A DNA stretch of 64,000 bases from Mobula hypostoma (Eukaryota): contig NC_086107.1 in the NCBI RefSeq assembly GCF_963921235.1, positions 104,906,001 to 104,970,000 of the forward strand, in the 5' to 3' direction. A program made the translations under genes and the position numbers. Below, in pieces: positions 26,530 through 38,436 of this stretch (position 1 is the first letter of the stretch; every line of letters begins with the position of its first letter). A model generated the notes under the pieces. The model was not told the DNA's origin. It was given only the letters and a program-made list of their open reading frames with translations, and did not search any database.

Positions 26530-27575
26530 AAAAACCATAAGATATAGGAACAGAATTAGGCCACTTGGCCCATCAAGTCAATTTCATCATGGGCTGATTT
26601 AATTTTCCTCTCAGCTCCAATCTCTTGCCTTCTCCCCGTATCCCTTCATGTCCTGACCAATCAAGAATCTAGCAACCTCTGTCTTAAATATGCATAAAGG
26701 CTTGACCTCCACAGCTGCCTGTGGCAAAGAATTCCACAGACTCTCTGGCTAAAGAAATATATCCTTGTCTCCGTTTTAAAAGGATGCCCCTCTATTGTGA
26801 GGCTCTGTCTTCTGGTCTTAGACTCTCCCACCACTCTATCAAGGCTTTCATCATTCGATAGGTTTCAATGAGGTCATCCCGCCTTCTTCTGAATTCTAGG
26901 GAATACAGGCCCTGAGCCATCAAATGCTGTTCATATGATAAGCCATTCAATCCTGGAATCATTTTTGTGAACCTCCTCTGAACCCTCTCCAGTTTCAGCA
27001 CTTCCTTTCTAAGATAAGAGGCTTGAAACTGCCCACAACACAAGTGGGACCTCACCAGTGCTTTATAAAGTTTCAAAAGTACATCCCTGCTTTTATCATC
27101 TAGTCCTCTTGAAATGAATGCTAATGTGGCATTTGCCTTCCTCACCACAGACTCAAACTGCAAATTAACCTTTAGGGAATCCTGCACAAGAACTCCCAAA
27201 TCCTGTTTTGCCTCAGTTTTTTTTTTGTATTTTCTCTCCATTTAGAAAATAGTCAACCTTCCACAAAGTGCATGACCATACACTTCCTGACATTATATTC
27301 CATCTGCCATTTCTTTGCCCATTCTCCTAATCTAAGTCTCTCTACTTCCTCAAACTACCTGCCCCTCCACCTATCTTCATATTGTCTGCAAACTTTGCAA
27401 CAAAGCTATTGATTTCATCATCCAAATCATTGACATGTAATGTAAAAAAATTGGTCCCAACACAGTCCTCTGTGAACATCACTAGTCACCGGCAGCCAAC
27501 CAGAAAAGGTTCCCATTCGTTTGCCTCCTACCAATCAGCCACTGCTTTAATCATGCTAGAATCTTTTCAGTAATA
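26530..27575 (-). mobile_element. CR1 3' fragment (RT C-terminus and 3'UTR), decayed
   Basis: DLGVLVQDSLK...KANATLAFISRG...ERVQRRFTKMIPG peptide. Confidence 0.9.
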
Positions 27576-29699
27576 ACTCACTGATATTTAGTTTGGGCTT
27601 TATAGACTTTGAATCAAAGAGCTGATTTCCAGAGGTGAGGTGGGAATGATTGTTCTGAATAGGAGTACAATATTAAGTGATAAAACTGACCAACTGGGCA
27701 TCCTTGGGGAAAGCATAGCCAACAAGTTAAATTATACTTCACACAAATGTTAGTTAGAGGTCAATTATTCCTGCCCCAGGACATTTTAGTAGGGGTTTCC
27801 TAAGGCAGGGTCCTAGACCCCAGCCATCTTCAGCTCCCTCATCAATGACCTTCCTTTTATCATATGGTCAGAAGAGGAAATGTCCTGAAGCAAGATCTGG
27901 AGAATGTTCAGTTATGGATTTTTTGTTAAAAGAATGAAGCCAAGTTGCAGAAAAGTCATGTCAAAAGCAGTACTGCAGTTTGCAAAAGTCAATCAATAGG
28001 GTCATTTCTGAGGGGGAAGTAGCTTAAACTACATAAATCTTAACTTTTTAAAACAATATTTGTATTTGCTAATAAGGGTGTTGTTTCTCCGGTCCCAAAC
28101 CCAATGCTGCCCTTCCTCACCTGTCAGTCATCATCTTTTAGTAAGAGCTGGAGTGAATGCAGTGGTTAGTAATAGGCTGGAGAGGTGGGAATGCTGTCTA
28201 CCTTCTCCCACAGCCAGGTAGGGGAAGTACCATCCTAATGTTTGACCCTATCCAGCCCACAATTCACTCCACTGCCTTCCTGGAATCTCTGCAGCCAGTT
28301 GATCATGCCCGCTGTCTTCACTACTCTCTACTAGGTGCTGATCCCTGAGGAAGGTCCACATGTGCTAGTCCCCCTACACAAATCTCACCTTGCATAGTTA
28401 CTGCTGCCTCTACAGATGCCGCCTGACTCACTGAGACCCTCTGGCAGTTTGTTTTTGAGCTCCAGATTCCAGCATCTGTGGACACTCCTGCGTCCCCATG
28501 CGTAATTGTAGCCACAGAGCTTTTTACCAACCTGGTTAAGTCTCTGGTCAATGGTGACTCCCAGCTGTGAACAGTGGGAATCTCTCACGTCACAGAAACA
28601 GTAACAGAAGAAGCCATTGGCCTGTTGCCTGCTTCACCACTCAGTATCACTTCTGATTTTCCTGCTGGTAATCATAATCCTGTCTCTGGTCCAAAAATCT
28701 GACTCAACTATGAATAACTCAGTGATTCACCATAGACCACCCAAAGCTTTACAACCCTCAGACATGAAATTCCTTTTCATCCATGTATAGCCCAAGGTCC
28801 AAGAGGAAACATCCTCACTGAATTTTCCATTAAAATAAATAGCATCTTAATTTTTCAAATGAAATCACCTCTCATTCTCCTTAATTCTGTGCAATTAATT
28901 TTTCTACACAGGAAAACCTATGTATCTCAAGATTCAATCCAATGATATCACCCTCATTATCTTCAAACAAGCTCTCTTAATTGAGATTGGAACCTCACAT
29001 ATGTTGTCAATGTCCTGACCAACTATAAGCACCAGGCTAGATGGGACAAGTCAGGGTGTCAGGACCAAAGGCGAAGGACAGGCCGTTTAGCTCGATACTC
29101 TGCGAGATTTACTTGTCTCCGTGCTGAACGGAGGCTGTGGCCCACTCCTGAATCGGCTGCAGTGATGCCCGGCCGCATGTCTGTGGACTCACTTTCGTGA
29201 ACTTAACTCTGAATGCTATTTTCTTCCCCCGCCCCCCAATCTCAAGGTTGTATATGGCATAAGTACTTGGATAATAAATGTACTTTGAACTTTGAAGAAT
29301 TCCTTATTTTTGTACTCCATCCCATTTGTAACACAATTCAACATCCCATTTGTTTCTCCCAGTTACTCTCCTCATCTGTGTGTTAGGCAGACTTGATACT
29401 TTTCTGAGACATCATGATCCCTCATAATGATCTCACACAGTTTCTCTTTACTCTCTTTTCTTATCCGACCACTTATCCATCCAGCATAATGATTATATTC
29501 AATCCCATGAGCTCTTACCATGGCAGTAATCAAGTTTACAGTGCCATAACAAATGCCTTTTGGGAAAACAAATATATGAGATCTGTGGACTTCTCTTTTA
29601 CTCTGCTCTTTATATCCTCAAAGATTTCCCCATGATATCTTTAAGCATAATTTCTCTTTCTCCACACTACCTCTGATAAACATTGTATGTTTTTTCAAG

Positions 29700-29967
29700 C
29701 AACACACATCAAAGTTGCTGGTGAACGCAGCAGGCCCGGCAGCATCTGTAGGAAGAGGTGCAGTCGACGTTTCAGGCCGAGACCCTTTGTCAGGACTAAC
29801 TGAAGGAAGTCCTGACGAAGGGTCAGTTAGTCCTGACGAAGGGTCTCGGCCTGAAACGTCGACTGCACCTCTTCCTACAGATGCTGCCTGGCCTGCTGCG
29901 TTCACCAGCAACTTTGATGTGTGTTGCTTGAATTTCCAGCATCTGCAGAATTCCTGTTTGCGTTTAA
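29700..29967. mobile_element. Young Penelope-like insertion made of inverted pLTR copies
   Basis: 110-bp arms (29694-29803 and 29823-29932) with 2 mismatches; TSD attgtatgT6-7caag at 29682-29699 and 29968-29986. Confidence 0.9.
29829..29864 (+). ncRNA. Minimal type-I hammerhead ribozyme motif (Penelope-associated)
   Basis: AGTC-CTGACGA-AGG(GTCTCGG)CCT-GAAA-CG-TC/GACT: stem I, CUGANGA core, stem II, GAAA, palindromic ACGU in place of stem III, GUC cleavage triplet. Confidence 0.8.
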
Positions 29968-30311
29968 ATTGTATGTTTTTTTCAAGTTTTCAGTAATAGG
30001 GTCACATAGAACAGAAACAGGCCTATTACCCCACACTTCAACACCAACCGTCAAGCTCCTGCCAACACAAATCATCTGCTAATCCCATTTTATAGATGCA
30101 TTCCTATGAATTTGCCTACACTTCTGATAACCCCATTATAGGATGGATGTGAAGGCTTTGGAGAGGATGCAGGAGATGTTTAAGACCATATGACAAAGGA
30201 GTAGAATTAGGCCATTCATCATGGCTGATCCATTTCCCTCCTGCCTTCTCTCCTTAACCTTTCACACCCTGAATAAGAATCATTTACCAGGAAGCTGCCT
30301 GGATTAAGGGG

Positions 30312-30399
30312 CGAAGGGTCTCGGCCTGAAACGTCGACTGTACCTCTTCCTAGAGATGCTGCCTGGCCTGCTGCGTTCACCAGCAACTTTGATGTGTGT
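30312..30399 (+). mobile_element. 88-bp Penelope pLTR fragment inserted into a CR1 remnant
   Basis: Perfect 16-bp TSD TGCCTGGATTAAGGGG at 30296-30311 and 30400-30415. Confidence 0.9.
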
Positions 30400-32033
30400 T
30401 GCCTGGATTAAGGGGTGTGTGCTTATGATAAGATGTTGGATAAACTTGAGTATTTTTCTGTCTGGAGTGTTGGAGGCTGAGGCTGGTGGTGGTGGGGAGA
30501 ATCTGATGAACATTTATTGAGCTTATGAAAGACAGAGTTCAAATGAAATATGTTGGGCAAGTTTTTTTTACAGATAGCCTGGAATGTGCTTACATCCAGA
30601 GTGGGTAGTGGAGGCAGGTATGAAAGAGGCATTTAAGAGGCTCTTGGACAGGCACATGAATGTGCAGAGAATGAAGAGATATGGACCTTGTTTTGATTAG
30701 TTTAATTAATTTGGCTCAACATGGTGGCCAAAGACCCCCTTCCTTTGCTGTGCTGTCGTATGATCTAATTCTTATACCTCCCTCCTTCTTTGGGGACAAC
30801 TTACCGAAGCCAATTAACTGACCAACATCTGACCAACATCTGCGTTATGTCGGAACAAACTGGAACAGCCCGGGAAAATCCCCGCAGTATGTGCAAAGTC
30901 CTCACGAAGAGCACCCAAGCTCAGGATAAAACCCATTCCTCTGGAGCTGTGAGCCAACAGTGCTCACCAAATCATCACTGGGCACTTCTCCAGTATTCTG
31001 ACTGATATGAAGCTGACTTGCCTTTTCTCTCCTTTCCTGAATTGCAGGATTAAGTTTTCTGTCTCCCTATCTGTCTCACCTTTCCAGAATTCTGGGGATT
31101 CTGTAAGAACAGGGCTCAATGCTTTAATTGTCTGTGCAATCACCATATGTATAGGAAAAATTGGTTGTATTGCCATTAGTTGGCATAATGTCTGTTATAC
31201 AGTAATGATCCATTTCAATCTTTAATTTCTCTTGTGCTTTCGGTACAAATCATTTCTTTAAAAACTCATGACGTCTTTGTTTTTGCATTATTAATTGCCC
31301 TGTCTCAGCTTCTAACTTCTCAACACCCACACTCGCTGCCTCCTTCTCTATTATGTACTCATAGCAGCTCTTAGAATCTGCTTCTATATTATTTGCTACC
31401 TCAGTTTCATGTTCTGTATTTTTTTTTTGTGTTGTTACAGTTCTCCCGTTAGAGCAACAATTCTGTGAAAGCCTCCAAACATTTTCTTTTAATCCAATAA
31501 CAGGTTTATTTTTTTTAGTTAGCCACTGACGGTCATTTTTTTCCTGGATACTTTATTTCGAAATTGAATGTACTTTCATGAAAATTCTGAAACCATCTAG
31601 GTTATATCTTTTAATCTAATATTCAGTCTACATTAGCCAGCTGAGGCCTTTGGGATTTCCTTATCTAAGATTTGGACTCTACTTTTGGACAAGTGCGTCA
31701 CTCAGACTGATGTGAAATGTACTATATTATGATGCCTCTTCCTCTGAGAATTCTTTAAAATGAGATTATTAATTAATCTTGTTTCATTACCTGACCATAT
31801 TTAGAGAGCCTTTTTCTTGGATGAATCTTCATTCGAGCTCCCCCTTCTTTTCTATGCTATCCAACGCTGCACACCGAGCAGAACCCAGGAATATTCAGTA
31901 TCCAGCCTTGTTCACCAAGCAGCCACATTCCAGTGATATCTATCAGATCGACCTCATCTATCTCTGTTTGTGGTACTGTTTATCTTGTTTTGACTGCTTT
32001 ATCGTTCATAACGCACCTTTAATGTTCACTTTT

Positions 32034-32540
32034 TAGAAAAATAGAAACATAGAAAATAGGTGCAGGAGTAGGCCATTCGGCCCTTCGAGCCTGCACCGCC
32101 ATTCAGTATGATCATGGCTGATCATCCAACTCAGAACCCTCTACCTGCCTTCTCTCCATACTCCCTGATCCCTTTAGCCACAAGGGCCATATCTAACTCC
32201 CTCTTAAATATAGCCAATGAACTGGCCTCAACTGTTTCCTGTGGCAGAGAATTCCACAGATTCACCACTCTCTGTGTGAAGAAGTTTTTCCTCATCTCGG
32301 TCCTAAAAGGCTTCCCCTTTATCCCCAAGCTGTGACCCCTTGTTCTGGACTTCCCCAACATCGGGAACAATCTTCCTGCATCTAGCCTGTCCAATCCCTT
32401 TAGAATTTTATACATTTCAATAAGATCCCCCCTCAATCTTCTAAATTCCAGAGAGTATAAGCCTAGTCGATCCAGTCCTTCATCATATGAAAGTCCTGGC
32501 AACCCAGGAATCAATCTGGTGAACCTTCTTTGTACTCCTT
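32034..32540 (-). mobile_element. CR1 3' fragment, same young subfamily as 9038-12121
   Basis: Nearly identical to about 9050-9545. Confidence 0.95.
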
Positions 32541-32654
32541 CATTTTTACATTGCTTGCTACTGTGTTGTCACTGTGACCTCTCTGATACTTCTTGTTAGG
32601 CTCTGTATTGCTATACCCCTATAAACCTCTAAATTTCTCCTAACCTGACCCTGC

Positions 32655-32977
32655 CTCTAAATATATCATCCAACATTAAGGGACCCCCACCACCCAGGAC
32701 ATTCCCTCTTCTCATTGTTACCATCAGGGAGGAGGTACAGGAGCCTGAAGGCACACACTCAGTGATTCAGGAACAGCTTCTTCCCCTCTGCCATCCGATT
32801 TACTGAATGGACATTGAACCCATGAACACTACCTCACTACTTTTTTATTTCTATTTTTGCACTACTTATTTAACTATTTTATATATGTATTAACTGTAAT
32901 TGTTTTTTTTCTATATTATGTATTGCATTGTACTGCTACCACAACAAGTTCTGGTGACATTAAATCCGGTTCTGATT
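32655..32977 (+). mobile_element. Rex1/Babar-like LINE 3' fragment
   Basis: ccatcagggaggaggtacaggagcctgaaggcacacactcag...aacagcttcttccc (LPSGRRYRS...NSFFP-type end). Confidence 0.75.
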
Positions 32978-33149
32978 ACCTGGTTCCCTAATCATTCCAG
33001 TCTCCAGGATGCTGGGCCCAGGTTGACTCAAGTGCTGTTCATCACAATTTAGAGATGATAGTGTCGTCGAATGTCAGAGGAAGTGATTAGACATATTCTT
33101 GTTGGAGATAGCTGTTGTCTTTAGCTTGGGAGGACGTGAGTGCTGAACA

Positions 33150-33410
33150 CGAGATTCTGCAGCTGCTGGAAAGCCAGAGTAACGACACACAAAATGCTGG
33201 AGGAGCTCAGCAGGCCAGGCGGCCCCTATAGGAATGAATAAACAGTCGATGTTTCGGGCCGAGAGCTTTCATCGGGGCTGGAAAGGAAGCGGGACAGAAT
33301 AAGAAGGTAAAGGAAGGGGAAGGGGTACAAGCTAGAAGGTGATAGGTGAGGCCAGGTGAGGGGGGAGGAGGGGATGAAGTGAGAAGCTGGGAGGTGATAG
33401 GTAGGTGTGA
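33150..33410 (-). mobile_element. Penelope-like pLTR fragment
   Basis: Homologous to 61310-61600; hammerhead core degenerate. Confidence 0.8.
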
Positions 33411-33674
33411 ATGTTCTGGTTTTATCAGCACATGTCTAAATGTTATCCTTGTCTTAATACCTCTGGTCACAGACCGTTCCATCATCTGAGGAATTACAAA
33501 CTGAACAAGGTGCAATTATTGGCAAACTTTCTTACTACTTATCTTACGGTAGAAGAAAACTGATGAAGTAGCTAAAGATGATTGGGTCCAGAATTTCCTT
33601 TAGAGGACAGTTCCCTCATTGATATTTTGGCAATGAGAAGTCAGATCATCAACAATCACAACAACCTACTTTTC

Positions 33675-34090
33675 AAAGTAAAAAAAAGTAAGTCTTTTAT
33701 CAAAGTACATATGTGTCACTGTGTTCTACCCTGAAATTCAGGCATTTGTAAGAAAATAAAGAAATACAATAGAATTAATGAAAACTGTACTTAACAAAGA
33801 CTAACAAAGATCCAATATGCAAAAGAGGACAAAATGTGTAAATACATTTTAAAAATAAATTATACTGAGTTGTCTAGTTCTTGAAAGTGAGTTGTAGAAT
33901 CAGTTCAAGGTTGAGGTGAGTGAAGTTATCCACTCCAGTCCAGGAGCCTGATGGCTGAGGGGTAATAACTGTTCCTGAACCTGGTGGTGTGGGACCCAAG
34001 GCTCCTGTACCTCCTGCCTGATGGTAGCAGCGAGAAGAGAGCATGGTTAAAGATGGATGTTGCTTTCCTGGGATACCACTCCAAGTAAGT
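33675..34090 (-). mobile_element. Rex1/Babar-like LINE 3' fragment
   Basis: Homologous to 12301-12740 and 55700-56140. Confidence 0.75.
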
Positions 34091-35050
34091 GCATCCTTGC
34101 TTCTAGATATGACCCCAACCTGACCTCTGCTTCATACTTATTGGCTTCAGTTCCACCAAGATTGCCAGATGCCTGGTGATAGTCCCCAGTGGAACTAACT
34201 CTTTGTCAGTGTTGGAATCAACACTGTAATATAATGTCTGAGCACCAAGGGCTTTGCGAAACGCGTCAAAGAACAAGGTATGGATAAAAACTGTTTGGTA
34301 GCACTTTAGACAACACCTTCTATCACCTTGCTGCCGATTGCGAGTAAAGATAAAAGATTAGCTTTATTTGTCACACGTACATCGAAACATACAGTGAAAT
34401 GTGTCATTTTGCATCAGATCAAATTAACCAGGATTGTGCTGGGGGCAGCCCGCAAATGTCGTCACCCTTCCGGGGTACCAACATAGCGTGCCCTCATCTT
34501 ACTCCCAACGTCTTTGTAATATGGGAGGAAACCCACACAGTCACAGGTAGAATGTACAAACTCTTCACAGACGGCGGTGGGGAATCAGACCCCGATCGGC
34601 ATTCACTGGCACCACCATGCCGCCCCAGACCGGATTGAATCGGGGGCGCGCACTGCTGGGTAGAACCTTCCAGGTTGTTGGTTGCCACAGCGATGTTGGA
34701 ACAGCTTGGCTCGGGACGAGACTTGTCCTGCAGCACAGTTCGTCAGCCTCTCTTGACCGTACAAACTTCCAAAGTTCAAAGTAAGTTTATTCTCAAAGTC
34801 ACCACATACAACCCTGAGATTCATTTTCTTGCGGGCATACCCAGTAAATCTGTAATAGAACAATAACCGTAATAGAAGCAATGTTCTCACCCATTTGGCC
34901 ATTTGGAGTAGAGAGAACAGAACCAGCTGAAAGCCAGCCCCAGTGATGCACGGACCTTCAGTCAGAAAACTAAGTGGGTCATTTATCCGGTTAAGGATAA
35001 TCCCAAAGTTTAATGTGAAATTGCGCTCCAGATTAACTCTTCAATTTTCA

Positions 35051-36565
35051 AGAAACATAGAAACCACAGCATATTACAGGCTCTTCGGCCCACAGTGCAG
35101 TGCCGACCATGTAACCTACTTTTGAAACTGCCTAGGATTTCCCTACTGTATAGCCCTCTATTTTTCTAAGCTCCATGTGCCTATCTAAGAGTCTCTTAAA
35201 AGACCCTATAGTATCTGCCCCCACCACCGTCGCTGGCAGTGCGTTCCACACACCCACCACTCTCTGTGTGAAAAACGTATCTCTGACATCCCCCTTGTAC
35301 CTATTTCCAAAAGCACCTCAAAACTATGCCCCCTCGTGTTAGCCATTTCAGGCCTGGGAAAAAGCCTCTGGCTATCCACATGATCAATCCCTCTCATCAT
35401 CTTATACACACCTCTATCAGGTCACCTCTCATCCTCTGTCACTCCAAGGAGAAAAGGCCAAGTTCACTCAACCTATTCTCATAAGGCATGCTCTCCAATC
35501 CAGGCAACATCCTTGTAAATCTCCTCTGCACTCTCTCTATAGTATCCACATCCTTCTTGTGGTGAGGTGACCAGAACTGAACACAATACTCCAAGTGGGG
35601 TCTAACTAAGGTCTTATATAGCTGAAACATTACCTCACGGCTCTTGAACTCAATCCCATGGTTAATGAAGACCAACACATTATACACCTTCTGAACAACA
35701 GTGAACTTGTGCAGCAGCTTTGAGGAGCCAATGGACGCAGTCCCCAAGATCTTGCTGATCTTTCACACTGCCTGGAGTCTTACCATTAATATTAGATTAG
35801 ATTAGATTATGAGGACACTCAGTCCTTGTTTATTGTCATTTAGAAATGCATGTATTAAAAAATGATACAATGTTCCTCCAGTAAGATATGACAGAAACAC
35901 AAGACAGACCAAGACTAAAACTAACAAAACCACATAATTATAACATATAGTTACAACAGTGCAATACCGTAATTTGATAAAGAGCAGACCATGGGCACGG
36001 TAAAAAACAAAAGTCTCCAAGTCCCAATAGCCCCAACATCTCACGCAGACGGTAGAAGGGAGAAACTCTCCCTGCCATGAGCTTCCAGCGCTGCAAACTT
36101 GCCGATGCAGCTCCCTGGAAGCACCCGACCACAGCCGACTCTGAGTCCTTTCGAAAACTTCCAGCCTCCGACACCAAGCACCGAGCACCATCTCTGCCGA
36201 GTGTTTCGACCCCGCCCCGGCCACCGAGCATCAAGCAAAGCCAAGGATTCGGGGCCTTCCCCTCTTGAGATTTCGGATCACACAGTAGCAGCTTCTCACG
36301 TCTGCCTCCATCAAATCAGAATTGTGCACGTCATCCTACTTGTCAGATAACAGACACCACCACCGGACAGGCCGCGTGCGCTGCATCGCGCTGCTGTCTT
36401 CTCCTCCTCCTCAGAATATTATATTCTGTCTTCAAATTTCACCTACCGAAATGAACCACTTCACACTTATCTGGGCTGAACTCCATCTGCCACTCTTCAA
36501 CCCAGTTCTGCATCCTATTGATGTCCCGCTGTAACCTCTGGCAGCCCTCCAGACTATCCACAACA
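35051..36565 (-). mobile_element. CR1 3' fragment split by a (TAATC)n-tailed element
   Basis: [18 protein letters not shown] peptide; CR1 sequence resumes at 36415. Confidence 0.88.
35795..36414 (-). mobile_element. ~620-bp non-autonomous retroelement with 3' stem-loop and (TAATC)n tail, full length
   Basis: 7-bp TSD AATATTA at 35788-35794 and 36415-36421; four homologous copies in the window. Confidence 0.85.
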
Positions 36566-37802
36566 TTGAAGCCAATGAGCATGAAGCAGAGGTCAGGTTG
36601 GAGTCATATCTAGAAGAAAGGATACATTTACATGGCGCACTACCCCAGGAAAGCAACATCCATTTCCAATTCAGTATTTTTCCTGTAACGGATTCTGATT
36701 CAGGTTTATTTATCACATGTACATGAAAACATAGTGTGACATGCATCATTTGGATTAACAACCAACAGAGCCAGGTAAGTGTTGCCACATATTCCAGCAC
36801 CAGCCTGCCCTCAATGTTCAGTACAACACGACACAGGCAGCCACCACAGAACAAAACCAGGCAACAACATCAGAACAAGCCCCTTTCCCGCCCTCCCATT
36901 CTCCCAAACCCTCACAAATTCCTTTCAAAGCTGAAGAATCCTGCTTCCAAGTGATGGAAAACAAACAAAAAAAAAGCTGTGGACGTGAAATCTGAAACAA
37001 AAGCAGAAACGTTGGAAGAAATAGCCGGACAGGTAGTATCTGTGGAGATAGAAACTAGTCAGCGTTTCAGGTTGGAAATAGAAATGCTGGAAATCTTTTC
37101 CCGGTTTTTCTCTCACAATTCTGTTAATGTCCAGTGAACCTACAAGCAAGATGTAGCCTGTCCACACCTTCAACGTCGATACTCCAGAAGCAAATGCACC
37201 CTTACCTTGACAACGTTGTTCAGCATTCTGTGAAGTAAGCTGAAGATGCTGGGAAATCTGAAACAAAGTCAGAAAATGTCGGGAGAACGCAACAGCTCAC
37301 ACAGCACTCGTTAAGTGAGAAACATAGCCAACATTTCCAATCAACGGCCCATCGTCAGCATGAGAGAAGAGAGCAAGCAGGCAGACGTCAAAGCAGTAGG
37401 GAGGGGAAGGAATGGAGACGATAGTTTGTGACAAGACGTAGACAAAGTGTGTTGGGATAATAACCATTTTTGACATCAGGAGTTTGAGTTGATGACAGTC
37501 CATTGACCTGAAATAACAACTCTGTTTCTCTTTCCACAGATGCTGCCTGACTAGCTGAGTATCCCTGACATTTCAGCATTTCGCCAGCTTTACTTAATGC
37601 ACTGAGAAATCAGTCTATAATTTCTATATTTTTTGAATCCTAGCTTTCCAGTGCAGATAAGTACCCATTTCTCTGAGCAATTTCGGGCATTTCAAAATCA
37701 GAATCAGGTTTAATATCACCGGTATATGTTGTGAAATTTGTTGTCTTTGTGGCAGCAGTTCAATGCAATACATACTAATAGAGAAAAAATCTGTGAGTTA
37801 CA

Positions 37803-38436
37803 GGGAGGAGGAGATGGCGGCGCGACGCAGCTCGCAGCGGCCACTCCGGTGGTGATATCTGTTATCTGTCAAGTTGGGTGCCGTGCACAATCCTGATTTG
37901 ATGGAGACGGACGTGAGAGAACGGAGGAACATCTGTGAAACTTCTGAAATGCCTGCTTCGCTGCTGCTGTTACTGTGTGATCCGGAATCTCCGGAGGGGA
38001 AGGCCCCGAGTCCTTGGCTTTGCTTGTTGCTTGGCGACCGGGGTGGGGTCCAAGCACTCGGCAGAGGATGGTGCTCGGTGTCGGAGGCTCGAAGTTTCCG
38101 GACGGACTCAGAGTCCACTGCGGTCGGGTGCTGCATCGGCAAGTTTGCAGCGCTGGAGGTTCATGGCAGGGAGAGTTTCTCCCTTCCACTGTCTGCGTGA
38201 GATGATGGGGCTATCGGGACTTGAGACTTTTTTTTTACCGTGCCCATGGTCTGCTCTTTATCAAATTACGGTATTGCTTTGCACTGTTGTAACTGTATGT
38301 TATAATTATGTGGTTTTGTCAGTTTCAGTCATGGTTTGTCCTGTGTGTCTGTGATATCATTCTGGAGGAACATTGTATCATTTTTAATGTATTCATTTCT
38401 AAATGACAATAAACGAGGACTGAGTGTCCTCAAATC
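37803..38436 (+). mobile_element. Same (TAATC)-tail element, full length, inserted into a Rex/Babar-like fragment (about 37697-38865)
   Basis: Starts ggaggaggagatggcggcg; ends AATAAAc-GAGGAC-tgagt-GTCCTC-aaatc. Confidence 0.85.

Noticed and set aside
29618..29996. Mirror-image ORFs on both strands
   Set aside because: Consequence of the Penelope pLTR palindrome; not coding
35802..38354. Clusters of 60-140 aa ORFs, also at 40708-40989 and 52609-53073
   Set aside because: GC-rich repeat copies; frames are not preserved between copies and no domain is recognisable
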